Both the position numbers and the translations under genes were made by a program. A DNA stretch of 64,000 bases from an uncultured virus (IMG/VR IMGVR_UViG_3300006092_000199) (Duplodnaviria > Heunggongvirae > Uroviricota > Caudoviricetes), in the IMG/VR virus record IMGVR_UViG_3300006092_000199, one strand, 5' to 3'. Of this stretch, positions 8,551 to 16,615 are shown in pieces. Each line of letters begins with the position of its first letter. Positions within the stretch are counted from its first letter, which is position 1. The notes under the pieces were generated by a model. The model saw only the letters and a program-made list of their open reading frames with translations, was not told the DNA's origin and ran no database searches.

Positions 8551-8883
8551 ATGTCGAAGAAGAACACCCAGAAGTCCGCCCCCGCCGCCGCCCCCGTCGC
8601 GACCGCCCCCGTGATCGCCCCCGTCCAGAAGGGCAAGGCTGCTCCGTTCATGCAGCAGGTGCGCGAGCTCCTCTCCGGAGACGGCCACCCGGTCGCCTTC
8701 CTGTGCGAGAAGCTCGGTCTCTCGGACAAGGACGCGCGTGGCGTTATCGACGCTCTCCGCGCGAAGGAGGGGAAGGGCACCGTCCTGAACGTCTACTCCG
8801 AGAAGGCGGGTCGCAAGGTCTTCCGATACGTCGGTCTCGACGGGAAGGGCATCGCCGCCCCCGCCTCCGAGGCCCAGGCCTGA
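8551..8883 (+). CDS. small basic protein, possible (winged) HTH DNA-binding protein
   Basis: GGAG RBS, ATG at 8551; VRELLSGDGHPVAFLCEKLGLSDKDARGVIDALR followed by a beta-hairpin-like segment. Confidence 0.65.
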   Translation: MSKKNTQKSAPAAAPVATAPVIAPVQKGKAAPFMQQVRELLSGDGHPVAFLCEKLGLSDKDARGVIDALRAKEGKGTVLNVYSEKAGRKVFRYVGLDGKGIAAPASEAQA

Positions 8884-8891
8884 CGGTCCAG

Positions 8892-8913
8892 GGGCGAGGC
8901 CTCGGCCTCGCCC
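8892..8913 (+). other. GC-rich stem-loop between the two CtrA-proximal genes
   Basis: GGGCGAGGC-CTCG-GCCTCGCCC, perfect 9-bp stem. Confidence 0.55.
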
Positions 8914-8948
8914 TCCTCCCTCTCTCTCAGCTCTCAGGAGTCGCCCCC

Positions 8949-9140
8949 ATGCTCTCTCGCCCCTCGCTCTCCGCCCCCGCTCGCCCCTTCGGGCTTCGCG
9001 CTTCTGTGCTCGCTCCCGCAGAGCAGAGCGCCTCTCGCCTCCGCGCCGCCGAGCTCGACGCTGCGTGGCAGAATTTGTTCTGCGCCAGCGATGCCGACTT
9101 CGCGAGCGCGAAGGATCGGTTCGCCCGCGCGAACCACTGA
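8949..9140 (+). CDS. hypothetical 63-aa protein
   Basis: AGGAG RBS, ATG at 8949. Confidence 0.55.
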   Translation: MLSRPSLSAPARPFGLRASVLAPAEQSASRLRAAELDAAWQNLFCASDADFASAKDRFARANH

Positions 9141-9144
9141 TCCC

Positions 9145-9201
9145 ATAGGGTTAACGTCCCCCGCCTTCCCTCCAGGAGCGCAAAGGATCCGTTAACCCTA
9201 T
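9145..9201. promoter_or_regulatory. 12-bp inverted repeat containing GTTAAC half-sites
   Basis: ATAGGGTTAACG (9145-9156) / CGTTAACCCTAT (9190-9201); same TAGGGTTAAC word as in the 8.1-8.25 kb array. Confidence 0.6.
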
Positions 9202-9330
9202 CCGGGCGGCGGGGATCCTGCGCGTCAATCAAGATGGGACTGGACCCCTTCCCCTATTCCTGAGAGGGGACCCTAAGAGGCCCCAGGTCCCCGCTTGTCC
9301 CGCCACCCCACAGCATCCATCCTCCACGGC

Positions 9331-9570
9331 ATGAGCGACATGGTCCCAGTGCAGCCCGACAAGCGCCGTGGCATGGTGGTGCGAGCCGTCATCATCTCAG
9401 GGTGGATCATCACACTCCTCACGATGGTGGCTGTGATCGGATCGGCCATGTGGGCAGTGCTGTCGAAGGGCGCGGCCCCGGAGGAGCTCCGTCAGTGGGC
9501 GGGCGTGGCGCTCGGCTTCCTCTTCGGGACGTTCACCAGCATCGTCAGAGACTACATCAGCGAGGGGTGA
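9331..9570 (+). CDS. small membrane protein (2 TM)
   Basis: two hydrophobic stretches; preceded by TTGTCC-N17-CATCCT. Confidence 0.6.
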   Translation: MSDMVPVQPDKRRGMVVRAVIISGWIITLLTMVAVIGSAMWAVLSKGAAPEELRQWAGVALGFLFGTFTSIVRDYISEG

Positions 9571-9668
9571 TGGAGACGGTGCTGCACATCATCCAGATGA
9601 TGCCAGTGGCGCTGGTCCTGCTGGTGATGGGCATTCTCATCCTCAGCCTCGGGCGTGGAGCGCCGTGA
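9570..9668 (+). CDS. 32-aa single-TM peptide
   Basis: TGATG overlap; METVLHIIQMMPVALVLLVMGILILSLGRGAP. Confidence 0.45.
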   Translation: METVLHIIQMMPVALVLLVMGILILSLGRGAP

Positions 9669-9861
9669 CGAGGGCCATGGCACTGACCAGGTGAGCCTCC
9701 AGGGCATCCTCCATGGCGCGGGTGTTGGTGTGCTCGCCGGACTTCAACGGGCACGTGGTCCTGGCCATCTCCAGGGCCTTCTCAACTCGGAGCCAGGCGA
9801 TCTGGCGCTGCTCGTGGCGACGCTGGGCCTCCTCCGCGTAGCAGTCGTCATAGTGCCCCAT
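9643..9861 (-). CDS. hypothetical protein
   Basis: last gene of a coupled minus-strand block; GGAGG RBS on the minus strand. Confidence 0.55.
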   Translation of the reverse strand: MGHYDDCYAEEAQRRHEQRQIAWLRVEKALEMARTTCPLKSGEHTNTRAMEDALEAHLVSAMALVTALHARG

Positions 9862-10036
9862 CGCTGACCTCCACGAATGCGAGGAACACCCGCCCCTTCT
9901 CAGGGTTGAACACGCACTCCCAGTGGTGCCCCGGCGCGGGCGCGGGGAGCTCGACCGCCCCCTGGGCCTTGAAGGACCGCTCGCTCCCTGGGCGGGCGCG
10001 GCCCCCGGTTCCTCTGGCTGCCTCTGTGTATGGCAT
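9848..10036 (-). CDS. hypothetical protein
   Basis: ATG at 10036 overlaps the stop of the upstream minus ORF. Confidence 0.5.
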   Translation of the reverse strand: MPYTEAARGTGGRARPGSERSFKAQGAVELPAPAPGHHWECVFNPEKGRVFLAFVEVSDGAL

Positions 10037-10281
10037 CACGCCCCCTCGATCACACCAGTCAGGCTCTGCATGACTGTCTTCCGGTCCTGCGGCGAGTGGA
10101 GGATGACGCAGTTGTTCATCTCCACGAAGGTGTGGGCCTTCTGGCTCTGCGGGTCGACGGCCTGCCACATCCGGGTCACCGCGTCTGGGTTGACGAGCTG
10201 GAAGCAGTCACCGCCCTCCAGCTTGAGATACTTGCGGTCGGCGGGGTGCCAGACCATGTCGCAGTAGAGCATCTTCAGCAT
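10036..10281 (-). CDS. FlbD/SwrD-like small protein (putative)
   Basis: LVNPDAVTRM...TFVEMNNCVILHSPQDRKTVMQSL pattern; coupled start/stop. Confidence 0.5.
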   Translation of the reverse strand: MLKMLYCDMVWHPADRKYLKLEGGDCFQLVNPDAVTRMWQAVDPQSQKAHTFVEMNNCVILHSPQDRKTVMQSLTGVIEGA

Positions 10282-10514
10282 CAGTGCATGTCTCCTGTGA
10301 GGATGCGGACTACCTGCTCCATGCTCTCACGCATGACGAGGGCAGAGCGGTCCGTGGTGATGACGGTGCAGCCGCCGCCCTGCTCAGAGGAGTGCGGGGC
10401 GATCCAGACAACCTGCCAGGGGTTGACGAGGAGCGGCGGCAGATCGGGGTTGCGCGGGCGGATCGGCGTCTGGTCGTTGCCGATGGCCGATGGGCTGAGA
10501 GCGACGAACTTCAA
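10281..10514 (-). CDS. FlbD/SwrD-like small protein (putative)
   Basis: TTG start at 10514 after GGAGG; LLVNPWQVVWI...CTVITTDRSALVMRESMEQVVRIL. Confidence 0.55.
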   Translation of the reverse strand: MKFVALSPSAIGNDQTPIRPRNPDLPPLLVNPWQVVWIAPHSSEQGGGCTVITTDRSALVMRESMEQVVRILTGDMH

Positions 10515-10777
10515 GGGAGATCCTCCATGAACGCCAGGTCGCGGCCCATGAACTTGGGGAACACGCCTCCCTGGGAGTGGCTGTAGGTGACGAGGCCCTG
10601 GCGGTCCCGCGCGCACAGGAGGGCGGCGCGGCCAGCAGGCGTCACCGCGAGGGTGCCCACCGCGTCTATGCCATGGGCGGCGCAGACGCGGTCGACGTTG
10701 AGAAGGGCGACGCGCAGCTCGGCGAGAGGGTCCTTCTCAACCTGCACGCGGGCGTGGTCTTCGTAGTGGGTGCTCAT
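10511..10777 (-). CDS. hypothetical protein
   Basis: overlapping start/stop chain. Confidence 0.55.
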   Translation of the reverse strand: MSTHYEDHARVQVEKDPLAELRVALLNVDRVCAAHGIDAVGTLAVTPAGRAALLCARDRQGLVTYSHSQGGVFPKFMGRDLAFMEDLP

Positions 10778-11010
10778 GGTGTGATGTCCAGCGCGTTGGG
10801 GACGTTCTCAATCCGTGCCAGGCGGACGTGTCCGTACCCCTGGGCACTCTCGATGGTCGACTGGAAGTCGGCCATGTCCTCGGCGGTGAAGCCGGGTGGG
10901 TCCCGCTCGATTGAGACGATCAGGACGAGGGCGACCTCCTTGGTCGGGAGCGCCGTGTAGAAGGCGTTCTCAAGCTCGGTGGTCGTGGCGGTCTTGACGC
11001 CCCGCGTCAC
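10774..11010 (-). CDS. hypothetical protein
   Basis: overlapping start/stop chain; GGAGG RBS. Confidence 0.55.
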   Translation of the reverse strand: MTRGVKTATTTELENAFYTALPTKEVALVLIVSIERDPPGFTAEDMADFQSTIESAQGYGHVRLARIENVPNALDITP

Positions 11011-11285
11011 CGGAGCCTCCGGCTCTGCTTCGCAGCAGCGGCGGCCTCTGCCGCCTGGGTGTCGACGTCGAGGCCCAGGGCCTTGAGAGTGTCAGGCTTG
11101 TTCTGGGCAGAGCGGATGTGCACGCCACCCTCGATGATGACGAGGCAGCCTGCCTGGGCTCCGTCCTCGAAGACACACATGACGCGGGCGGGGTCGACAT
11201 CGACCTCGATGGACTTCTTGTCGAGCACCAGCAGCTGGTCGCTGATGGTGAGGGCGACCTGCGTCGCGCGGATTGTCTTGAGCAT
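11007..11285 (-). CDS. FlbD/SwrD-like small protein (putative)
   Basis: AAGGAG RBS, ATG at 11285; VDVDPARVMCV...CLVIIEGGVHIRSAQNKPDTLKAL. Confidence 0.55.
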   Translation of the reverse strand: MLKTIRATQVALTISDQLLVLDKKSIEVDVDPARVMCVFEDGAQAGCLVIIEGGVHIRSAQNKPDTLKALGLDVDTQAAEAAAAAKQSRRLR

Positions 11286-11325
11286 GCGTTTCTCCTTGCT
11301 TGCAGGCCCAGCTTGCACCCGTGAG

Positions 11326-11354
11326 TTGTCCCGCGCTGTCACCTTGTGCTATGC
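11326..11354 (+). promoter_or_regulatory. putative late promoter for terL
   Basis: TTGTCC-N17-CTATGC; the same motif lies upstream of other structural genes. Confidence 0.55.
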
Positions 11355-11388
11355 AGGACCGAGGCGATGTCGCCCAGGAGCAGAGCAG

Positions 11389-12873
11389 ATGCTGTTGACA
11401 GCAGAGGTTCAGACGGACCAGCAGGTGATCTGGCGACCCCAGGCGGGGTCTCAGGAGATATTCCTCACAACCAACATCCCAGAGCTGCTGTACGAGGGCA
11501 CGCGCGGACCCGGCAAGACGGACGCGCTCATCATGGACTTCTGCCGCGATGTCGGCGTGGGCCATGGCACAGCATGGAAGGGCATTCTCTTCCGGCAGAC
11601 CTACGCCCAGCTGACGGACGTGATCTCAAAGTCCAAGAAGTGGATCCCGCAGATCTGGCCCAGCGCCCGCTACAATCAGGCGGAGCACGTGTGGACATTC
11701 CCGCAGGGCGAGCAGCTCCTCCTCCGTCACTTCATGAAGGAGGACGACTATTGGAACTATCACGGCCACGAGTATCCATGGATTGGCTGGGAGGAGCTGT
11801 GCAACTGGGCGATGCCTGGCGGCTATCTCAGGATGATGTCCACGAACCGCTCGTCCACGATGGGCGTGCCCAAGCGCGTGCGCGCGACGACGAACCCATA
11901 CGGCCCTGGACACAACTGGGTGAAGCATCGCTGGAGGCTCCCGTCTCACCGCAACAAGATCATCACCGACTCACGGGATGACGACGGCCACCTGGAGGTC
12001 CCGCGCGGCTCGATCTTCGGCTCGATCTGGGAGAACCAGATCCTGCTCAGGGCGGACCCGGACTACGTCAACCGTCTCAGGTCGGGTGCCAAGAACGAGG
12101 CAGAGCTCAAGGCGTGGCTCCATGGCTCGTGGGACATCGTCGCTGGCGGCATGTTCGATGACGTCTTCGAGTACAAGTGGAACGTCGTGAAGCCCTTCTC
12201 CATCCCGCACACCTGGCGGCTCGACCGCAGCTTCGACTGGGGCAGCTCCAAGCCCGCGTCCGTGGGCTGGTGGGCAGAGAGCGATGGCAGCGACTACGTG
12301 GACAGCGAGGGCCGGACGCGATCGAGCGTGCGCGGCGACCTCCACCGGATCCACGAGTGGTACATCTGGAGCGGCAAGCCGAACGAGGGGAAGCGCATGC
12401 TGGCGGCGGACATCGCCCGAGGGATCGTGCAGCGGCAGGTCGGCTGGGGCATCCACAATCTCGTGAAGCCCGGCCCCGCCGACGCCTCGATCTTCGACGT
12501 TGAGAACGGCGTGTCCATCGCACAGGACATGTCGACGCAGGTGCGCCTCGACTCAGGGCGGGTCTATCCCGGCGTGCGCTGGGTGCCGTCCGACAAGCGC
12601 CCTGGCTCGCGAAAGAACGGCTGGGAGCTCATGCGCAAGATGCTGAAGGCCGCCCACCCGCCGAAGGGAGGAGGGCCGCGCGAGCACCCTGGGCTGTTCA
12701 TCCACGACTGCTGCGAGCACTTCATCCGGACAGTCCCGGTCCTGCCCAGGGACGACAAGGACATGGACGACGTCGACACCGACACCGAGGACCACATCGC
12801 GGACGAGACACGCTATCGCGTGCGGGCCTCCTCGATGCGTCACACCAGCGGTCGCTCGACGGGCTTGTTCTAG
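11389..12873 (+). CDS. terL: terminase large subunit
   Basis: Walker A-like GTRGPGKT, WEEL Walker B, ATTNPYGPGHNWVK, RNase H-like FDWG...DHIADETRY. Confidence 0.93.
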   Translation: MLLTAEVQTDQQVIWRPQAGSQEIFLTTNIPELLYEGTRGPGKTDALIMDFCRDVGVGHGTAWKGILFRQTYAQLTDVISKSKKWIPQIWPSARYNQAEHVWTFPQGEQLLLRHFMKEDDYWNYHGHEYPWIGWEELCNWAMPGGYLRMMSTNRSSTMGVPKRVRATTNPYGPGHNWVKHRWRLPSHRNKIITDSRDDDGHLEVPRGSIFGSIWENQILLRADPDYVNRLRSGAKNEAELKAWLHGSWDIVAGGMFDDVFEYKWNVVKPFSIPHTWRLDRSFDWGSSKPASVGWWAESDGSDYVDSEGRTRSSVRGDLHRIHEWYIWSGKPNEGKRMLAADIARGIVQRQVGWGIHNLVKPGPADASIFDVENGVSIAQDMSTQVRLDSGRVYPGVRWVPSDKRPGSRKNGWELMRKMLKAAHPPKGGGPREHPGLFIHDCCEHFIRTVPVLPRDDKDMDDVDTDTEDHIADETRYRVRASSMRHTSGRSTGLF

Positions 12874-12919
12874 GACTGCCCCTGGGCTATCCCTTGGGCT
12901 CAATCGATGGAGGACACAC

Positions 12920-13048
12920 ATGCTCGGCTTCTTTCTCGGCGTGATGGCCTGCGTCGCCATCTCATACTTCTTCCCGAATGCCTATGCCTCGATGCTTCGT
13001 GTCCTCGGCGCGACCATCCGGGATGTGGCCGACGACGATCGCAAGTGA
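12920..13048 (+). CDS. 42-aa membrane peptide (not in ORF track)
   Basis: GGAGGA RBS; MLGFFLGVMACVAISYFFPNAYASMLRVLGATIRDVADDDRK. Confidence 0.6.
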   Translation: MLGFFLGVMACVAISYFFPNAYASMLRVLGATIRDVADDDRK

Positions 13049-13055
13049 GTGACCA

Positions 13056-14558
13056 ATGGCCGTCAACACGCACCATCCCAAGTTCGATGAGCACCTGGAG
13101 GACTGGGTCCTGCTGCAGGACGCCTACAAGGGCGAGGCAGCGGTCAAGTCGAAGGGGTCGACGTACCTGCCGCCCACCAGCGGCATGATCCTCGACGGCC
13201 TGGCCAATCAGACCCAGCTCGGCTATCAGGCATATCAGGCGTACATCACACGCGCCGTGTTCCCGGAGTTCATGACCGAGAGCGTGAACACGTCGATGGG
13301 CATGCTGTGGTACAAGGATCCGGTCATCAAGCTGCCCGCCGCGATGGAGCCTCTGCTCACTCGAGCGTCGGTCAAGGGCGAGACCCTCAAGCAGCTCTAC
13401 CGCCGCGTGCACGAGCAGCAGCTCAGCACCGGGCGCTGCGGCCTCCTGGTCGACCTCCCGCTCACCGTGCCGGAGGGCGCGGAGATCCTGCCCTACATGG
13501 CGCTCTACGAGACCACCACGATCATCAACTGGGACGACGGACAGATTGGCAGCCCGACGCTGCAGACCCTGAACCTCGTCGTGCTGGATGAGACGGAGCC
13601 TGTCCGCGAGGGCTTCATGTGGACGACCAAGAGCAAGTATCGCGTGCTGTCGCTCGGCGACATGGTCGACAACGAGACCATGGGGACCTACTTCGCCCAG
13701 GTGCAGGTGGTTGAGAATGGCAGCGACAAGGTCGAGCTGCCAGCCTTCGCCCCGATGTTCCGTGGCAAGACACTCGACGAGATCCCCTTCGTCTTCATCA
13801 ACTCCAAGGACCTGCTGCCGGACCCGGACGTCCCGCCGCTCATCTCGCTGGCGCGTGGCTGCATGGCCATCTACCGGGGCGAGGCAGACTACCGCCAGAA
13901 CCTGTTCATGCAGGGCCAGGACACCCTTGTGGTCATTGGCTCGGACCAGGACGACGGCAAGTTCCGCCTTGGTGCGAACGCGGTTCTCGAGCTGCCCACT
14001 GGCGCCGATGCCAAGTACATCGGTGTGAACAGCAAGGGCCTGGCAGAGCAGCGTCTCAGTCTTGAGAATGACCGGCGGCTGGCGGCCAGCCGATCTGGCC
14101 AGCTTGTGGACACGACGTCCCGGCAGCGTGAGTCCGGAGATGCACTTGCAACTCGCGTCGCAGCCCAGACGGCAACTCTGAACGACATCGCGCTCACAGC
14201 CGCTGGCGGCCTCGAGCGTGCGCTGAAGATCATTGCGAAGTGGATGGGGCTCAACCCCGATGAAGTGTCTGTCAAGCCCAACCTGGACTTCGTCAACATC
14301 CAGCTGACCAGCCGGAACATCGTCGAGCTCCAGACCGCGAAGAACCTTGGTGCGCCGATCTCGCAAGAGACGATCCACACGATCATGGCCCAGCGTCAGC
14401 TGACCACCAAGACCTTCGAGGAGGAGATCGAGGCAATCGGCAAGGAGAAGGTCCTTGTCGACGACAAGATCCTCAACCCAGGCGGAGACAACAATGGCGG
14501 ACAAACCAATCCATCCGGGGATCAGAATGGCAGCGGTCGCGGGGCAGCGGGTGTCTGA
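13056..14558 (+). CDS. portal protein (DUF4055-like)
   Basis: 500 aa directly after TerL; YLPPTSG...YQAYITRAVF and ESGDAL motifs. Confidence 0.88.
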   Translation: MAVNTHHPKFDEHLEDWVLLQDAYKGEAAVKSKGSTYLPPTSGMILDGLANQTQLGYQAYQAYITRAVFPEFMTESVNTSMGMLWYKDPVIKLPAAMEPLLTRASVKGETLKQLYRRVHEQQLSTGRCGLLVDLPLTVPEGAEILPYMALYETTTIINWDDGQIGSPTLQTLNLVVLDETEPVREGFMWTTKSKYRVLSLGDMVDNETMGTYFAQVQVVENGSDKVELPAFAPMFRGKTLDEIPFVFINSKDLLPDPDVPPLISLARGCMAIYRGEADYRQNLFMQGQDTLVVIGSDQDDGKFRLGANAVLELPTGADAKYIGVNSKGLAEQRLSLENDRRLAASRSGQLVDTTSRQRESGDALATRVAAQTATLNDIALTAAGGLERALKIIAKWMGLNPDEVSVKPNLDFVNIQLTSRNIVELQTAKNLGAPISQETIHTIMAQRQLTTKTFEEEIEAIGKEKVLVDDKILNPGGDNNGGQTNPSGDQNGSGRGAAGV

Positions 14559-14889
14559 CGACCCACTGCCTGGAGACGAGCAGCCCGAGGAGACCCTCAC
14601 CCCTGAGCAGGCCAAGATCGTCGAGTTCACATCCGAGATCGTCGATCTGCTGAGCGACACCCTCGAGATAATCGACACCAAGCCGATCGCTCAGAACTTC
14701 AATGGTGCCCTGGTCGTGCTCGTGAAGGAGACGCCAGAGGGGAACAGCTTCATGTTCAACACGACTGAGAGCGTGTCGCTGACCTATCTCCTCGGCATCC
14801 TCGAGCTCGTCAAGAGCAGCCTCGTGCAGACACTCATGACGGAGCACATGGAGCCAGTCGATGACGAGGACGAGACCCCCGCGTCTTGA
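14494..14889 (+). CDS. acidic hypothetical protein overlapping the portal 3' end
   Basis: GGAG RBS, ATG at 14494. Confidence 0.55.
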   Translation: MADKPIHPGIRMAAVAGQRVSDDPLPGDEQPEETLTPEQAKIVEFTSEIVDLLSDTLEIIDTKPIAQNFNGALVVLVKETPEGNSFMFNTTESVSLTYLLGILELVKSSLVQTLMTEHMEPVDDEDETPAS

Positions 14890-15196
14890 CTTCCGCCGCC
14901 CGCCCAGGGTGTGCATTCGACCCCTGGGCCGAGAGCAGGCCGATGGGCAGGCCCACATCTGCCCATCCATCGGGCACAAGCTGCATCTCATGGAGATCGA
15001 CCCCAAGCTGCGTGGTCGCATGCTTCTCGAGACCATCATCCACGAGCTGCTGCACCTGATCTTCCCCGGAATGCACGAGGGCGACGTCCGCCGCGCGGGC
15101 CGATGGATCGCGCTCTGCCTCTGGGCATGGGGAGTCAGACTTGATGAGGATCACTTCTACGGGCTTGCCCAGGAGCGAGATCCTGAGGCAGGGTGA
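14861..15196 (+). CDS. HEXXH metallopeptidase-like small protein
   Basis: LETIIHELLH. Confidence 0.55.
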   Translation: MTRTRPPRLDFRRPPRVCIRPLGREQADGQAHICPSIGHKLHLMEIDPKLRGRMLLETIIHELLHLIFPGMHEGDVRRAGRWIALCLWAWGVRLDEDHFYGLAQERDPEAG

Positions 15197-15242
15197 TCAG
15201 GCCGGGATGTCCCGGTGACTCAGGAGCCATAGGAGAAGATGG

Positions 15243-16061
15243 ATGCCCATCAAGGCCGTGTACGACACCGAGGCTGACATCCCGGCAGCCCACAAGGAGC
15301 TCTTCACAGAGCGCAACGGGAAGTGGGAGCTCACCCAGGTCGAGGGGATCAAGACGCAGGGCGATGTCGATCGTCTGCAGACTGCCCTGACCAACGAGCG
15401 CAACGAGCACAAGTCCACCCGTGACAAGCTGACGCCATGGTCCACTCTCGGCAAGAAGCCCGAGGAGATCCAGGCCCAGCTCGACCGCGTGGCAGAGCTC
15501 GAGCTTCTCACGAAGGACAAGGACCCCGCCGCCATCGAGGCCCTGGTCGAGACGCGCATCAAGAGCCGCCTCGCCCCGGTCGAGCGCGAGCGGGACCAGC
15601 TGAAGACGACCCTGGCCGAGAAGGACGGGATCATCAACGGCTTCGAGACCAAGGAGCGCACGCGCACCATCCACGACACCGTCCGCCAGGCGGCGAGCAA
15701 GGTCGGCATGCTGCCGTCCGCGATCGACGACGCCCTCCTCTACGGCGAGCGCGTGCTGGAGGTCGACACCAATGGCAACGTCGTGACCAAGGATGGGGTG
15801 GGTGTGACGCCCGGCCTCGCCCCGGACGTCTGGCTTGGTGATCTCAAGAACAACCGTCCGCACTGGTGGGGTCAGACCCAGGGTGGCGGCGGATCGGGTG
15901 GCGGAGGCGGCGCACGCTTCCCCAACAACCCGTTCTCCGCCGAGCACTGGAACCTCACCCAGCAGGGCGCGGCGATCAAGGCCGACCGCACGAAGGCCGA
16001 GCAGATGGCCAAGGCGGCTGGCACCACCATCGGTGGGCCGAAGCCCGCCGCGAAGAAGTAG
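15243..16061 (+). CDS. capsid scaffolding protein
   Basis: coiled-coil, Gly-rich C-terminus with NNPFS...WNLTQQG; lies upstream of the MCP. Confidence 0.8.
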   Translation: MPIKAVYDTEADIPAAHKELFTERNGKWELTQVEGIKTQGDVDRLQTALTNERNEHKSTRDKLTPWSTLGKKPEEIQAQLDRVAELELLTKDKDPAAIEALVETRIKSRLAPVERERDQLKTTLAEKDGIINGFETKERTRTIHDTVRQAASKVGMLPSAIDDALLYGERVLEVDTNGNVVTKDGVGVTPGLAPDVWLGDLKNNRPHWWGQTQGGGGSGGGGGARFPNNPFSAEHWNLTQQGAAIKADRTKAEQMAKAAGTTIGGPKPAAKK

Positions 16062-16070
16062 GAGGATCTC

Positions 16071-16490
16071 ATGACTCGCTTCCTTCAGACCATCGCCATC
16101 GCGATCGTGATGCTCTTCGTCCTCACGATCCCGTTCGCCTTTGCTGACGAGCAGTGCTCATCCAAGTCAGCCCACATCAGCCGGATCCAGGGAGACCTGG
16201 ATCTCATGAAGAAGGAGCCTGGCTGGGAGAAGACCAGCTACGAGCTGATCTCAGGGACCGCTGTCCCGAAGATGGTCCTCGGCATCTTGAAGGAGGGCAA
16301 TCTCATGCTGTCCTTCACGATCACCAAGGACAAGGCGGAGCGCACGGCCCACATCCTGTGGGTCACGACCGAGGGCAAGCCGAATGCCTACGTCATTCTC
16401 CTCGACAAGGAGAAGTGCTGGATCGTCGATGGTCCCGTGCCCCTGGGCACCTGGAAGCGGATCATGTCCGGCTCGGAGCAGGGGGCCTGA
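16071..16490 (+). CDS. exported protein with signal peptide
   Basis: AGGAGG RBS; MTRFLQTIAIAIVMLFVLTIPFAFA|DE signal-peptide pattern. Confidence 0.7.
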   Translation: MTRFLQTIAIAIVMLFVLTIPFAFADEQCSSKSAHISRIQGDLDLMKKEPGWEKTSYELISGTAVPKMVLGILKEGNLMLSFTITKDKAERTAHILWVTTEGKPNAYVILLDKEKCWIVDGPVPLGTWKRIMSGSEQGA

Positions 16491-16508
16491 CCCCCTCTCC
16501 ACTTTCTG

Positions 16509-16537
16509 TTGTCCCCTGAGACAACTCAGAGCTATCT
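16509..16537 (+). promoter_or_regulatory. putative late promoter for the major capsid gene
   Basis: TTGTCC-N17-CTATCT. Confidence 0.55.
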
Positions 16538-16615
16538 CGCGATCACTAGCAGCGACTGCCATGTGGCGGCTGTCAAGCGAAATCCCCGCCATGACACCCC
16601 AAGGAGGTAACTCAC

